From positions 896,001 through 960,000 of the forward strand of contig CAWJQQ010000001.1 of NCBI GenBank assembly GCA_963845065.1: a DNA stretch of 64,000 bases, given 5' to 3'. Source of the DNA: Nitrospirota bacterium (GTDB taxonomy: Bacteria; Nitrospirota; UBA9217). The stretch's first letter is position 1; each line of letters opens with the position of its first letter. The notes under the pieces are model-generated. The model saw only the letters and a list, made by a program, of their open reading frames with translations. It did not search any database and was not told the origin of the DNA. Of this stretch, positions 18,425 through 29,070 are shown one piece after another. Both the position numbers and the translations under genes were made by a program.

Positions 18425-20047
18425 ATGAAGGCGTCGGACCTGCTTGTTAAATGTCTCGAAAACGAAGGTGTCGAGTATGTCTTCGGCATTCCAGGCGAAG
18501 AAACGCTGGATCTTATGGAATCGCTTAGGACATCTCCTATAAAATTTATCATCACCCGCCATGAACAAGTCGCGGCCTTTATGGCTGATGCTTACGGACG
18601 TCTAACAGGCAAGGCCGGCGTCTGCCTTGCGACGCTTGGACCGGGTGCTACAAATCTTTTGACCGGCGTGGCCGACGCCTATCTCGACGCTTCCCCTGTG
18701 GTAGCGATCACTGGACAGGCGGACCTCAAACGGATCCACAAGGAATCGCACCAGTATATTAATATTGTCGATATGTGTGAGAGCGTGACCAAGTGGAATG
18801 GCAGGATTGAGACGGCTGAAGTAATTCCCGAAATGGTACGGAAGGCCTTCAAGCTCGCCGAAATGGAAAAGCCTGGCCCTACGCACCTGGAGCTGCCCGA
18901 AAACATCGCTGCCCAGAGGGCGCATGAGATGTATGCAGCCATGATCCCACCTATCAGGGCCAGGAGGAGCTCTCCTGACCGTCAGTCTCTGAGGAAAGCG
19001 GCAGACTTGATAGAGTCGGCGAAGTTCCCCATAATCCTGGCGGGCCACGGCATTGTTCGCAAGGCGGCAAACGCCCAGCTCCAGAAGTTCGCCGAACTGC
19101 TGTGCATCCCCGTCGTGACTACTTTTATGGGCAAGGGGGCAATCAGTGCTAAGAGCCCCTCCTGCATCGGAAGCCTCGGACTCTCGAACGACCGTCAGAT
19201 CGAGGACGTCTTCAGCCTTGCCGACCTCATCATCGCCACCGGGTACGGGCTCGTCGAGTACTCTCCGAAAAACTGGAACCCGAAAATTGATAAGCAGATC
19301 ATCCATATTGACTTTACATCGAGTGAGGTTGACCTTCATTATGTGCCCGAGGTCGAGATCGTGTCGGACATCCGGGAGAGCATTGAACTTCTTGAGGGTA
19401 TGCTCAGTACGAACAAAAAAAGCCAGTGTGCCATCGATCTCCATACCAACTTTCGCGAGGAATTCGAACGCATCGGATCGGAACAAAACTGGCCTGTCAG
19501 GCCCCCGCAAGTGTTGTACGGCATCAGGAAAGTGCTTGGGAATTCTGATATCTTGGTCTCGGACGTGGGAACGTGCAAATTCTGGGCGGCAAAATTCTAC
19601 CCCGTCTATGAAAACAATACTTTCATATTGTCTAACGGATTCGCTTCCATGGGGTTTTCCCTCCCAACAGCCATGGTGGCCAAGCTAGTGTATTCTGACC
19701 GCAAGGTGGTCGCTCTTACCGGCGACGGCGGTTTTCTGATGAATCTGCAGGACCTAGAGACTGCGGTCAGGATGAAGCTCAACTTGGCCATCGTCGTTTT
19801 CAACGACAACGGCTACAACCTGATCAAATGGAAATCCATGAAGAAATTCGGCACTTCTTACGGCGTCGATTTCACAAACCCGGATTTTATCAAGGTCGCA
19901 GAGGGATTCGGCGCTGTAGGCTTGAGACTGAAAACGGCTGGAGATTTTGAACCCATGCTCCGTGATGCTTTTACTAGGGAGGTTCCAGTCATTATTGATG
20001 TGCCGATCGATTATTCAGACAATGAACTTATTTATAAACTTCTTTAG
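18425..20047 (+). CDS. ThDP-dependent acetolactate-synthase-like enzyme
   Basis: FGIPGEE, RHEQ, TLGPGATN, SMGF, GDGGFLMN..FND; no small subunit nearby. Confidence 0.88.
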   Translation: MKASDLLVKCLENEGVEYVFGIPGEETLDLMESLRTSPIKFIITRHEQVAAFMADAYGRLTGKAGVCLATLGPGATNLLTGVADAYLDASPVVAITGQADLKRIHKESHQYINIVDMCESVTKWNGRIETAEVIPEMVRKAFKLAEMEKPGPTHLELPENIAAQRAHEMYAAMIPPIRARRSSPDRQSLRKAADLIESAKFPIILAGHGIVRKAANAQLQKFAELLCIPVVTTFMGKGAISAKSPSCIGSLGLSNDRQIEDVFSLADLIIATGYGLVEYSPKNWNPKIDKQIIHIDFTSSEVDLHYVPEVEIVSDIRESIELLEGMLSTNKKSQCAIDLHTNFREEFERIGSEQNWPVRPPQVLYGIRKVLGNSDILVSDVGTCKFWAAKFYPVYENNTFILSNGFASMGFSLPTAMVAKLVYSDRKVVALTGDGGFLMNLQDLETAVRMKLNLAIVVFNDNGYNLIKWKSMKKFGTSYGVDFTNPDFIKVAEGFGAVGLRLKTAGDFEPMLRDAFTREVPVIIDVPIDYSDNELIYKLL

Positions 20048-20114
20048 ATTCAGACTGGCGCATGTGGAGTTATCATCAAAGATATGACGTGAGAATCCAG
20101 AAGGTGTATAAGCT

Positions 20115-20582
20115 ATGAAATGGGCCGTGCTTTTACTTTTCGGAACTGTCGGCTTGGCCGCGCTTATTGGTGGGACAATGTGGGGACTTGAATCTTATCC
20201 TATTTTCCATGCCAATGATTCAATCCAAGGTACGGTCGTCGACCAGTACCAGAAAAAAAACGAAAAAACTACTGAAGTCGTTTATTTCCCATTGATAGAA
20301 ATTTCTAGTACCGGCGGGGAGAAGGTGCGTTTCCAGAGCAGTATCGGGTCCGCGGGTGCACCCGCGTATGACAATGGAACTATTGTTAGTGTCCTTTATG
20401 ATCCCCACAATCCTGCAAAAGTTATGATTGGCAGTTTTAAACAATTATGGATAGGACCCTTAACAATAGGTGGTGTCGGGTTAGTAATTACACTGCTGAG
20501 CATTGTACTTTTCATGAAAATAAGACGTTTTGAAAAACATCTCCAGTCTATGGGACTTCAGAAAAAAAAGGACTGGGAGTAG
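20115..20582 (+). CDS. DUF3592-like membrane protein
   Basis: N-term TM, GTVV..YFPLI..VSVLYDPHNP, C-term TM. Confidence 0.65.
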   Translation: MKWAVLLLFGTVGLAALIGGTMWGLESYPIFHANDSIQGTVVDQYQKKNEKTTEVVYFPLIEISSTGGEKVRFQSSIGSAGAPAYDNGTIVSVLYDPHNPAKVMIGSFKQLWIGPLTIGGVGLVITLLSIVLFMKIRRFEKHLQSMGLQKKKDWE

Positions 20583-20803
20583 CTATCGATTCAAAGGACT
20601 GAACAATTTCACCAAGATTTGCTCCTGACCCAGGAGTCTTCGTCTCACGATGGCTTTTTGTAAAGATGTTTCAGACCTCTCTAGTACACCGTCAATTTAG
20701 TTATTGATAGTTCAGCGCCGTCATTCCGGCTAAAAATGCCGGGGTTACAAACAAACTGGGTGAAACACCATCAAGAATTAGTTTGACAGCGTACTAGACT
20801 ATA

Positions 20804-21135
20804 TTAAACGCAACCCATTGCCTGAGAAGACCCGCAAGTCTGCATGCACACTCGGCTGGTCCATTCGAAAAGCTCATAGAGATATTTAGTATTTCCCTTT
20901 TCTGGATCAAACTTCAGTTCAGTTGTCCTTACCAGGATTTTGATTATCAGTGCGTTCTGGGACTGTCTGTAATAGTCACGCATAAATTTCACGACTTCCG
21001 TTTGCTGCTTGATCAGCACGATTCCTTCAATTTCTACGAAATAGTTGGCGACATATCTGCTACAGTCATCTATGTGAGCAGATAACTGTTTTCGTCTACT
21101 TCAAGAATATTTTCATTTATCGAAATCGTTCTCAA
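20804..21135 (-). pseudogene. Frameshifted DsrC/TusE-family sulfur carrier
   Basis: Reconstructed over three frameshifts: ILEVDENSYL/IDDCSRYVANYFVEIEGI..EVVKFMRDYY..KGNTKYLYELF/NGPAECACRLAGLLR/MGCV*. Confidence 0.8.
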
Positions 21136-21608
21136 GTGACCTTTCCTCATATGGACATTGTTGAACGAGTCCTGAATTCATTCGTGAATGTTTTTTGCGT
21201 ACATCCCCTCCCTATGGTATGACGATTATCATAAGGTCTATAAAATTGTCGCTGCTCAAATTTCAAAATTCATACTCAATATGAAATGTGTTTGCCGTTC
21301 ATAAATATCCGCATCCCATTTCCGACCACTCCACTGCTTTAGACATAGATATATCATTTTTTATTAAGATCAGATGGCGAGGAAACACACAAGCGAACGT
21401 TATATCTGAAGGTTCGGGTTCTTTCACGATAGAATGACAATATGTTCGAAGCTTAACGAACTTGCTTTTTTGAGAGAATTTGCAAATGAAGGAAACTTGA
21501 TAGTCTGAGATATTAATTGTATATATAATAAATATACAAATTGCATAATTATTAAACACCCATGTGGGCTCTCCGGGAATAAACATGCTGAATATGGCTA
21601 CTTTTTTA

Positions 21609-21624
21609 TGGCATTAATGTTGCA
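21609..21624 (+). promoter_or_regulatory. Sigma54 (-24/-12) promoter
   Basis: TGGCATTAATGTTGCA (GG-N10-GC), about 120 nt upstream of the 21747 gene, preceded by an AT-rich region. Confidence 0.75.
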
Positions 21625-21746
21625 TTTCCGTGTGTAACAATAATGTCGCAGCATGCAAAGACATGAGTGAGTTCATTCCACCCCTTAGACAATTCTTACT
21701 TAATGCCTTTACCATGCTGCGGCGTACTTCTTAAAGAGGTGACAAA

Positions 21747-22895
21747 ATGAGCGAAGTTCTCGAAGAGCAGGTTTCCATCGATGAGCTTAAACGTGTAGGG
21801 ATCATCAGCCAGAAGCAAAAGGATTTTTATCTTATCCGTCTTAGGACCGTGGGCGGCGAAATGACCGCTGAGGAACTGAACGCAGTCGCCCAAGTCGCGC
21901 GGAAGTACGGGAACAGTCGAGTGCACCTCACAACGCGCCAGGCGATCGAAATTCATAATATCCATCTCGATAATCTTCAGGCCGCCCGTGAGGAGATTGA
22001 GGAGGGCGGGATCGTGCTAGGCGTATGTGGGCCACGCGGCAGGGGAATCGTGGCCTGTCCAGGAAACGCGACGTGCACTACTGGTCTTATCGAGACAAAG
22101 GAACTGGCCGCTGAGTTCGACGAGGCCTATCTGCGCGTAGCCGCTCCTCACAAGTTCAAAATCGGCATCTCCGGCTGCCCGAACAATTGTTCAAAGCCGG
22201 TTGAGAACGATATCGGCATCATGGGAGGAGTGCTACCGGGATGGGACAAGGAAACCTGCACTGCTTGTAAGCTCTGTGTGAACATTTGCCCAACTAATGC
22301 AATCGAGCAAAATGGTGATAATTTCCTCCTCGACATCGACAAGTGCCTCCTATGCGGGCTTTGCATCGGAAACTGCCCATCATCGGCATGGACTGCACAG
22401 AAGACCGGCTACACGCTCTATCTGGGCGGGAGCATGGGCAAAAAACCCCGCCTTGGGACCAAGGCAAAAGTGCTGATTGAATCGAAGGAAGAACTTGTCG
22501 CTTTGGTCCGTAAGGCATTCGACTATTATGTTGCTAATGGCAAGAAAAAAGAACGTTTCGGCCAAACTATCGACAGGATCGGAGTGGACAAGGCACTCGC
22601 ACAAATATTCCTAGACAAGACTGAGATGTTGGCGCAAGCACCGGATTTTGCGTCAACATCACCCATACAAAGGAACCTTCTCGACCTGAGAGGCGTCTGC
22701 TGCCCCACGAATTTTGTGAAAGCCAAACTTGCGATGGACAAAATCAAGAACGGTGAAACGATTGAATTTTATCTTGACGACGGAGAGCCGATTGTCAATG
22801 TCACACGCAGTCTCAAAGATGAAGGACATCAAGTGTTGAGTGTAGTGCCGCAGGACTCATTTTTCAAAGTACTGGTTGAGAAAAAAAAGGACTAG
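21747..22895 (+). CDS. Siroheme-type sulfite/nitrite reductase-like protein with 2[4Fe-4S] ferredoxin and C-terminal TusA-like domain
   Basis: HLTTRQ, ACPGNATC (CX5C), SGCPNNC (CX3C), two CxxCxxCxxxCP, ERFG, then LDLRGVCCPTNFVKAKL..DDGEP. Confidence 0.85.
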   Translation: MSEVLEEQVSIDELKRVGIISQKQKDFYLIRLRTVGGEMTAEELNAVAQVARKYGNSRVHLTTRQAIEIHNIHLDNLQAAREEIEEGGIVLGVCGPRGRGIVACPGNATCTTGLIETKELAAEFDEAYLRVAAPHKFKIGISGCPNNCSKPVENDIGIMGGVLPGWDKETCTACKLCVNICPTNAIEQNGDNFLLDIDKCLLCGLCIGNCPSSAWTAQKTGYTLYLGGSMGKKPRLGTKAKVLIESKEELVALVRKAFDYYVANGKKKERFGQTIDRIGVDKALAQIFLDKTEMLAQAPDFASTSPIQRNLLDLRGVCCPTNFVKAKLAMDKIKNGETIEFYLDDGEPIVNVTRSLKDEGHQVLSVVPQDSFFKVLVEKKKD

Positions 22896-22997
22896 GTTCA
22901 TGCCGTTCGAAAGGACCGTGGCGCACGAAAAATAATTTTTCAGGAGTTACCTTCGGTGCAGGATGAACATGGTAACTGATGCTGATTTAGCTCAACC

Positions 22998-23095
22998 TAC
23001 AGCGAATATAGCTTTACAGGGGCCTTCACCGTGAATTCAGTACTGCTGATTCTGCCCAAAGTCACACTATCGCAGAAAGATTGTTGGGCGAAAAT
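22998..23095 (+). pseudogene. 3' fragment of a sulfate ABC permease (CysW-like)
   Basis: YSEYSFTGAFTVNSVLLIL..VTL resembles the CysW C-terminus and lies directly before the cysA remnant. Confidence 0.55.
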
Positions 23096-23147
23096 CGGAC
23101 GAACAGGCCCGAAAAACGTCACATCCACCTAAAGAGGAGGCGTCAAG

Positions 23148-24010
23148 ATGGTCTGTTAGCCTTGAAATAAGAGGTATCAACAAGTTTCGTCCGGTATCTC
23201 GTTCTTCTGGATAAAATCTTTAAGATAACCACGGACGAAAAGATCGCACTTCTGGACCTTTGGTTCGGGCAAGACCGCGTTCCTCAGGAATGTCGCAACA
23301 CTGGAGCGGCCAGACAACGGTTAAATTCTGTTACACGACTCGGATATCGACAATCTCGCCGGGTAAGAATCTTTCCAGTTTTCCGCGGCCATATCCGCAT
23401 GTGGCTCTCGCCTGAGGTCTGGCGGTGGACCCGGAGGCGCTGCTCCTTAATGAACCCTTCGGCACGATAGATACGAAGGTTAAGAAAGAAATTCACCGCT
23501 GGTTCACCAGACTCCATGTGTAAGTGAAAGTGACGACCCTATCCATCAGATACGATCAGGAAGAGGAACTCAAAGTCGCAGACTGGGTTATGATCATAAT
23601 GCGAGGTGCGATCGGGTAGGTCAGTATGCCCGATGATATCTGTAATCATCACATCAATCCTTTACCCATCAGATTTGGGGAGCGTAAATTATTTCTATGG
23701 AAGACTAAGGCCTATGTAGAGAGTATTTGGCAGGACATGCCATATTCTGATGGGATCGGTCATGTCCCGCTCGTGGCCTATATCAGGCCTTACGATATCA
23801 AGATCAATAGATAGATGAGAATGGCCGTGGCAACTAGACCTTCATGACGCAGTATATTCTGTGGGCCCTATCGTTTCGCTCGATATGAGACGCATTGACG
23901 CCGTAGAAGCCATTGAAGTGGAATTGACCAGATCGATTCGTCGAGTTGGACGTACCAGAAGGAGAACGCATACCCTCCATACCCCGGAACCTAGGGTTGT
24001 TGAAGATTAT
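23148..24010 (+). pseudogene. cysA: Decayed sulfate ABC ATP-binding subunit
   Basis: Broken Walker A (ALLG/GSGKT), [32 protein letters not shown]-terminal AYIRPYDI/GPIV/IEVEL; several stops and frameshifts; boundaries approximate. Confidence 0.75.
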
Positions 24011-24113
24011 GCCGAGCTTCGCAATGGAAATACTAGCTATGGCCGGATTGTCGATGAAGAGATGGAATACTATTTATCATTACAGACCATGTTCATTACG
24101 GAAAGGATGAGAA

Positions 24114-25049
24114 ATGATAAACATTTACGATGACGTAACGAAAACGATTGGCCATACACCGCTGGTCAGGATCAACAGGCTTGCTTCGGGGTTACCGGGA
24201 CACATCGTGGCAAAATTGGAAAAAGCCAACCCCATGGCGAGTATAAAGGACAGGATCGGTCTGTCTATGATCGAAGCAGCCGAACGGTCTGGTCTCATAA
24301 ACAAGAACACGGTCATAATCGAACCTACTAGCGGGAATACCGGCATCGCGCTTGCGTATGTATGCGCAGTCAAGGGGTTTCGTCTTATTCTTACCATGCC
24401 CGAGACCATGAGCATGGAGCGTCGGGCGCTATTGAGAATCCTTGGCGCCGAACTAGTCTTGACAGAGGGCAGCAAAGGGATGAAGGGAGCCATCGAGAAG
24501 GCCGAGGATCTTGCACGGGAAAATAAAGGTACATTCATTCCACAGCAGTTCAAGAATGAGGCAAATGTCGACATCCACAGGAGAACAACAGCGTTGGAAA
24601 TATGGAACGATACAGATGGGAAAGCCGATATCCTCGTCGCGGGTGTTGGAACGGGCGGGACCATTACCGGCGTTTCGCAGACACTAAAGCAGAAGAAGCC
24701 CGCTTTCAAATCCATCGCTGTGGAACCAAAGGACTCGCCGGTTCTTTCAGGTGGAAAGCCGGGTCCGCACAAGATCCAGGGTATAGGTGCGGGATTTGTC
24801 AGCGATATTTTGCAGCGGGAACTCATTGACGAAATCATCCAGGTAACCAATGAAGACGCGGGAACTTTTGCGAAACGAGCTGCAAGGGAAGAGGGGCTTT
24901 TGGTCGGTATATCCTCGGGCGCCGCGCTGTGGGCTGCCCTTGAGGTTGCAAAAAGGCCGGAAAACAGGGAAAAACTTATAGTCGTAATTCTGCCGGATAC
25001 GGGAGAGCGATATCTTTCTACTTGGCTATTTCAAGAATACATGACTTGA
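24114..25049 (+). CDS. cysK: Cysteine synthase A
   Basis: [40 protein letters not shown]. Confidence 0.96.
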   Translation: MINIYDDVTKTIGHTPLVRINRLASGLPGHIVAKLEKANPMASIKDRIGLSMIEAAERSGLINKNTVIIEPTSGNTGIALAYVCAVKGFRLILTMPETMSMERRALLRILGAELVLTEGSKGMKGAIEKAEDLARENKGTFIPQQFKNEANVDIHRRTTALEIWNDTDGKADILVAGVGTGGTITGVSQTLKQKKPAFKSIAVEPKDSPVLSGGKPGPHKIQGIGAGFVSDILQRELIDEIIQVTNEDAGTFAKRAAREEGLLVGISSGAALWAALEVAKRPENREKLIVVILPDTGERYLSTWLFQEYMT

Positions 25050-25382
25050 TGAATTCCCAACGCTAAAGCATGTGGCGTTTACCGCGCTATTATCTTAACC
25101 AGGAAAAACCTGAACTTCAAGAAGTATCACGCAAAGAAGCAAAGTCTTTATTGGTTTAAACGAGAATCTATTTTTTACAGGGCTTGGTTTAATGCTGGCA
25201 TTTGGATATCATAAGAGTCCCGCTTTTTGCCAAACTTCTGATATTCTTATCAGAAAACGGTTTTGAAACGATAAAGACAGACGCAAGCACCTCGCGGGCG
25301 ATCTGTTTACTCAGCGTATAGAGACAATTTGAAAGACAGCAGCATCGGCATGGGTTCGACGTGTTTGGCCGGAGGTTACAAT

Positions 25383-26200
25383 ATGGTGGAATAAATTCCT
25401 TTTCTATTCCAAAACAAACGTAAACAATATTTGGCGGGCGTTGCCCGTGTGCTCTGGTACGTCCCTAATGCTCCTATCTTCATCGTGGCACATGGGTTCA
25501 CCGATGATAAAGTTCGCGAGATCAGGCTCTTTGTCAGGTTTGAGCGACGGGCACGCAAAAGGATTTTACCGTGCAGCGGTTCGATTTTGCTGGTTGAGGT
25601 GATAACGAAGGCGATTGACCCACACGAAAGAAATCTGCAATTTCCAATGCATCATTGAGCTCGTATATATCATTTCCTGCCTGGAGGATTCACCTACCTA
25701 TCTCATCGGCTACAGTCTGGGCGAGGCTGTGGTCTTTTTCGGTGCAGTCCGAAGCGAGGTTGTGCGATGCGTCGTGGGCTGGGCGCCAGTCTCCGATCTT
25801 CAGGCTGTCTTCTGCTCCCTTTTGTAGAAGAGGCTTTTGTCGCATCACGCGTGCAGGGTGAAATTCCCCGAAAAATGATTTGAAATAGTTTTATCTTACG
25901 ACATCTTTTTCCCAAGATTTAAACAAACACTGACCCGTTAAAGGATATCGCGAAGATCGCGCTCGGCCCTGCTTCTTGTGCAGAATTCGGCTGGCACAAA
26001 AATATTGCCTAATCAGACCCAGAACCTTATTTTCGCAACCAATTGCCCGAAATAGCTTCACATGATTGACGTCGCTAAACACTCATTCGCAAATCATGAG
26101 AGGAGATTGTTTGGCATAACGCCTCACCACCTTTGCGATTGGAGTAGAGACGCTTGGTTTGCACCAGAAAAGACAATTCGAAAACCTGTATGGAAATCCG
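25383..26200 (+). pseudogene. Probable decayed alpha/beta-hydrolase
   Basis: Fragments PIFIVAHGFTDDK and YLIGYSLG (GxSxG) in different frames; boundaries approximate. Confidence 0.4.
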
Positions 26201-26375
26201 CACCTAACATGGATGGGCTGATGTCACGTTAGAGTAAATGGTTCAATCGCCGCATGAAATATATCGTCTACAACGTCGCGCATCCGTAACTGAAAAAAGA
26301 GCTATGAATAGTGAAAGAAATCGTCTCCAATCTGCTATACTATAACCAATTAGTTTCATTTGATTGTCATCAACC

Positions 26376-27209
26376 ATGTGGGATTATACTGATAAAGTTA
26401 AACAAACCTTCCTGCACCCGAAAAACGCCGGAGAAATTGAGAACCCCGATGCCGTTGGCGAGGTCGGCAGCATTCTCTGTGGCGATGCCCTTAAACTGAC
26501 CCTTCGGATCGACAAAAACAGCGGGAAAATCATTGATGCAAAATTCCAAACTTTCGGTTGCGCTTCGGCCATTGCAAGTTCGTCAGTCCTGACCGAACTC
26601 ATAAAAGGGAAAACAGTAGACGAGGCACTGAAGATCAACAACCAGGATATCGCCCACTTTCTGGGAGGATTGCCGAAAGAAAAGATGCACTGCTCGGTCA
26701 TGGGCAGGGAAGCGCTCGAAGCAGCCATTGCTAATTACCGGGGTGAGAAAAGACCGGTAGAGGTCGAAGGGAAAATTATCTGCAAGTGCTTTGAGGTCAC
26801 TGAAGAAAAGATTCGGAAAGTCGCCCTCGAAAATCGTCTCACAACAGTCGAGGATGTCACCAATTTCACGAAGGCGGGCGGAGGGTGCGGCAGTTGCATT
26901 CCCGACATAGAGTCGATCCTGAAAGACCTCTGGTCCTCATCAGCCACGCAGGCATCTCAGCAGGCTCCCAAACGCATGACCAGCCTACGGAAAATTGAGC
27001 TCATCCAGGAAGTCCTGGAACAGGAGATCCGTCCGCGGCTCCAAGCCGATGGCGGTGATATTGAACTGAAGGATATTGTTGGCGACCGCGTCATAGTCTC
27101 GTTTCGGGCCATGTGTGTGGGTTGTCCCATGGGAAATATCACGATCCAGGGGATTCAGAATAAACTGAGAGAACTGGTGAGTGCAGATATTCTGGTAGAG
27201 GAAGAATGA
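26376..27209 (+). CDS. nifU: Fe-S cluster scaffold NifU (three domains)
   Basis: MWDYTDKV, CGD, FGCASA, KMHCS, CKC..GGGCGSC, DGGD..CVGC. Confidence 0.95.
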   Translation: MWDYTDKVKQTFLHPKNAGEIENPDAVGEVGSILCGDALKLTLRIDKNSGKIIDAKFQTFGCASAIASSSVLTELIKGKTVDEALKINNQDIAHFLGGLPKEKMHCSVMGREALEAAIANYRGEKRPVEVEGKIICKCFEVTEEKIRKVALENRLTTVEDVTNFTKAGGGCGSCIPDIESILKDLWSSSATQASQQAPKRMTSLRKIELIQEVLEQEIRPRLQADGGDIELKDIVGDRVIVSFRAMCVGCPMGNITIQGIQNKLRELVSADILVEEE

Positions 27210-28390
27210 AACCGATATATTTAGACAATAATGCAACAACCGCTATTGCTCCTGAGGTCCTCGATGCGATGCTCCCTTACTTCCGGGACCTCTACGGAAA
27301 CCCTTCAAGCATGCATACCTTCGGTGGACAGGTCCATCGCAAAATCGAGGAAGCACGCGCTCAGGCTGCAGCGCTTATAGGTGCGGAACCTGAGGAAATC
27401 ATATTCACGAGCTGTGGTAGCGAGAGTGACAACACCGCCTTAATGAGCGCGATTGAGTCCTTTCCACATAAGAAACACGTAATCACGACCCGAGTGGAAC
27501 ACCCGGCAATCTTGAATTTCGCCCGCTATCTTTCCCGAAAAGGCATACGAGTCACGTACCTGCCCGTAGACGGTGACGGACGGCTCGATCAAGATGCATT
27601 CTTGAAAGCCCTCGACGATGACACTGCGATCGTTTCGATTATGTACGCGAATAATGAAACAGGCGTGATCTTCCCCATTGCTGAACTCGGGGATATCCTG
27701 CGAGAGAAGGGGATCCTTTTCCATACCGACGCGGTCCAGGCAGGCGGCAAACTTCCTCTCGATGTGGGCAAACTGTCTGTAAACATGCTTTCACTATCTG
27801 GACATAAAATCCACGCTCCCAAAGGTGTTGGGGCGTTCTATATAAGAAAGGGAACGCGATTCCATCCCTATATTATCGGCGGACATCAGGAGTACGGAAG
27901 AAGGGCAGGCACCGAGAATGTAGCGCCGATCATTGGCATGGGCAAGGCCTGCGTGCTTGCCCGTGAACATCTTGACGTCGAAGCGAAACGCCAGACAGTC
28001 CTCAGGGACAAACTCGAGCAGGCTCTGCTGCGCACCTGCCCTGATGCACGCGTGAACGGTGATACGCACAACCGTCTTCCGAATACGTCCAACATCAGCT
28101 TTGAATACGTCGAGGGCGAGGCAATCCTGCTCAGGCTTGATGAATACGGCATTTGCGCCTCGTCGGGGTCCGCCTGCTCCTCGGGCTCTCTTGAGCCGAG
28201 TCATGTACTTCGCGCCATGGGTATACCCTTTACAGCCGTCCACGGCTCCATCCGCTTCTCACTCAGTCGATACACTACTGAGGCGGAAATCGACCGTGTA
28301 ACGGAAATCCTGCCGGACATCATCAGCAAACTGCGCGAACTCTCGCCCTATGGACGAGAAAAGCTTCTGAACCGCGCTGCGGCGCAATGA
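27206..28390 (+). CDS. nifS: Cysteine desulfurase NifS
   Basis: YLDNNATT, HTDAVQ, SGHK, SSGSACSSGSLEPSHVL; overlaps the nifU stop. Confidence 0.95.
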   Translation: MKPIYLDNNATTAIAPEVLDAMLPYFRDLYGNPSSMHTFGGQVHRKIEEARAQAAALIGAEPEEIIFTSCGSESDNTALMSAIESFPHKKHVITTRVEHPAILNFARYLSRKGIRVTYLPVDGDGRLDQDAFLKALDDDTAIVSIMYANNETGVIFPIAELGDILREKGILFHTDAVQAGGKLPLDVGKLSVNMLSLSGHKIHAPKGVGAFYIRKGTRFHPYIIGGHQEYGRRAGTENVAPIIGMGKACVLAREHLDVEAKRQTVLRDKLEQALLRTCPDARVNGDTHNRLPNTSNISFEYVEGEAILLRLDEYGICASSGSACSSGSLEPSHVLRAMGIPFTAVHGSIRFSLSRYTTEAEIDRVTEILPDIISKLRELSPYGREKLLNRAAAQ

Positions 28391-28530
28391 CGGATATCTT
28401 GATCATGGAATGTGACATTTTACAGTCTAAAAGCGGGGAAGCCAGGTTTGATATGAGAGGGGTCAACTGCATTGAGTATGATCTGCTTGTTTGTACAATG
28501 CTAGTCCTGCGACAATGAAGGCTTACATTG

Positions 28531-29070
28531 CTATAACACTTTACCCATAAGAACTTCGTTAATGAAATCTCTGCCCATTCGTATCCTATTTTGTCGCACT
28601 CCTTCTTCGATGAAACCAGCCTTCTTGAACATACTGAGGGATCTCTGATTTGTCGTGAAGATATTTGCTTCGAGTTTTTTGTAACCCAGCTTGGTTGCCC
28701 ATTCTATCGAATAGTTGAGAAGGTTAGGCCCAATGCCCAGCCCCCGGAACTTCTCTTTCAGGTGAAGTCCGATGTGCAGAATATGAGTTGTTTCAGGTCT
28801 CTTCCCATCATCTGCCTGCAAAGCAGCCAGACAACCGACGACCTCATCACCAGCGGAAGCAACGATGAGAAGGTTCCTCGTGCCGTCCAATCCGTTGATA
28901 TATTCTCTTTCTGACTCGGAATCTTTGCTATACTGCTCCATGAGGACATAACTTCGCTCATTTGCATTTGATCGCACAGTGTCAATGATGGCACAAGAAT
29001 CATCAGGCTGCGCTGGCCTGATCGTTATTTTCGAACCATCCTTTGCTAGGAACGTCCTGATCGTTTGCAT
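28531..29070 (-). CDS. GNAT-family acetyltransferase
   Basis: FRGLGIG, N..SLSMFKKAGFIEEG; GGAGG RBS. Confidence 0.85.
   Translation of the reverse strand: MQTIRTFLAKDGSKITIRPAQPDDSCAIIDTVRSNANERSYVLMEQYSKDSESEREYINGLDGTRNLLIVASAGDEVVGCLAALQADDGKRPETTHILHIGLHLKEKFRGLGIGPNLLNYSIEWATKLGYKKLEANIFTTNQRSLSMFKKAGFIEEGVRQNRIRMGRDFINEVLMGKVL

Noticed and set aside
18602..19510. Long antisense ORFs (also 24125-24850 and 57014-57808)
   Set aside because: Shadows of well-supported genes on the opposite strand
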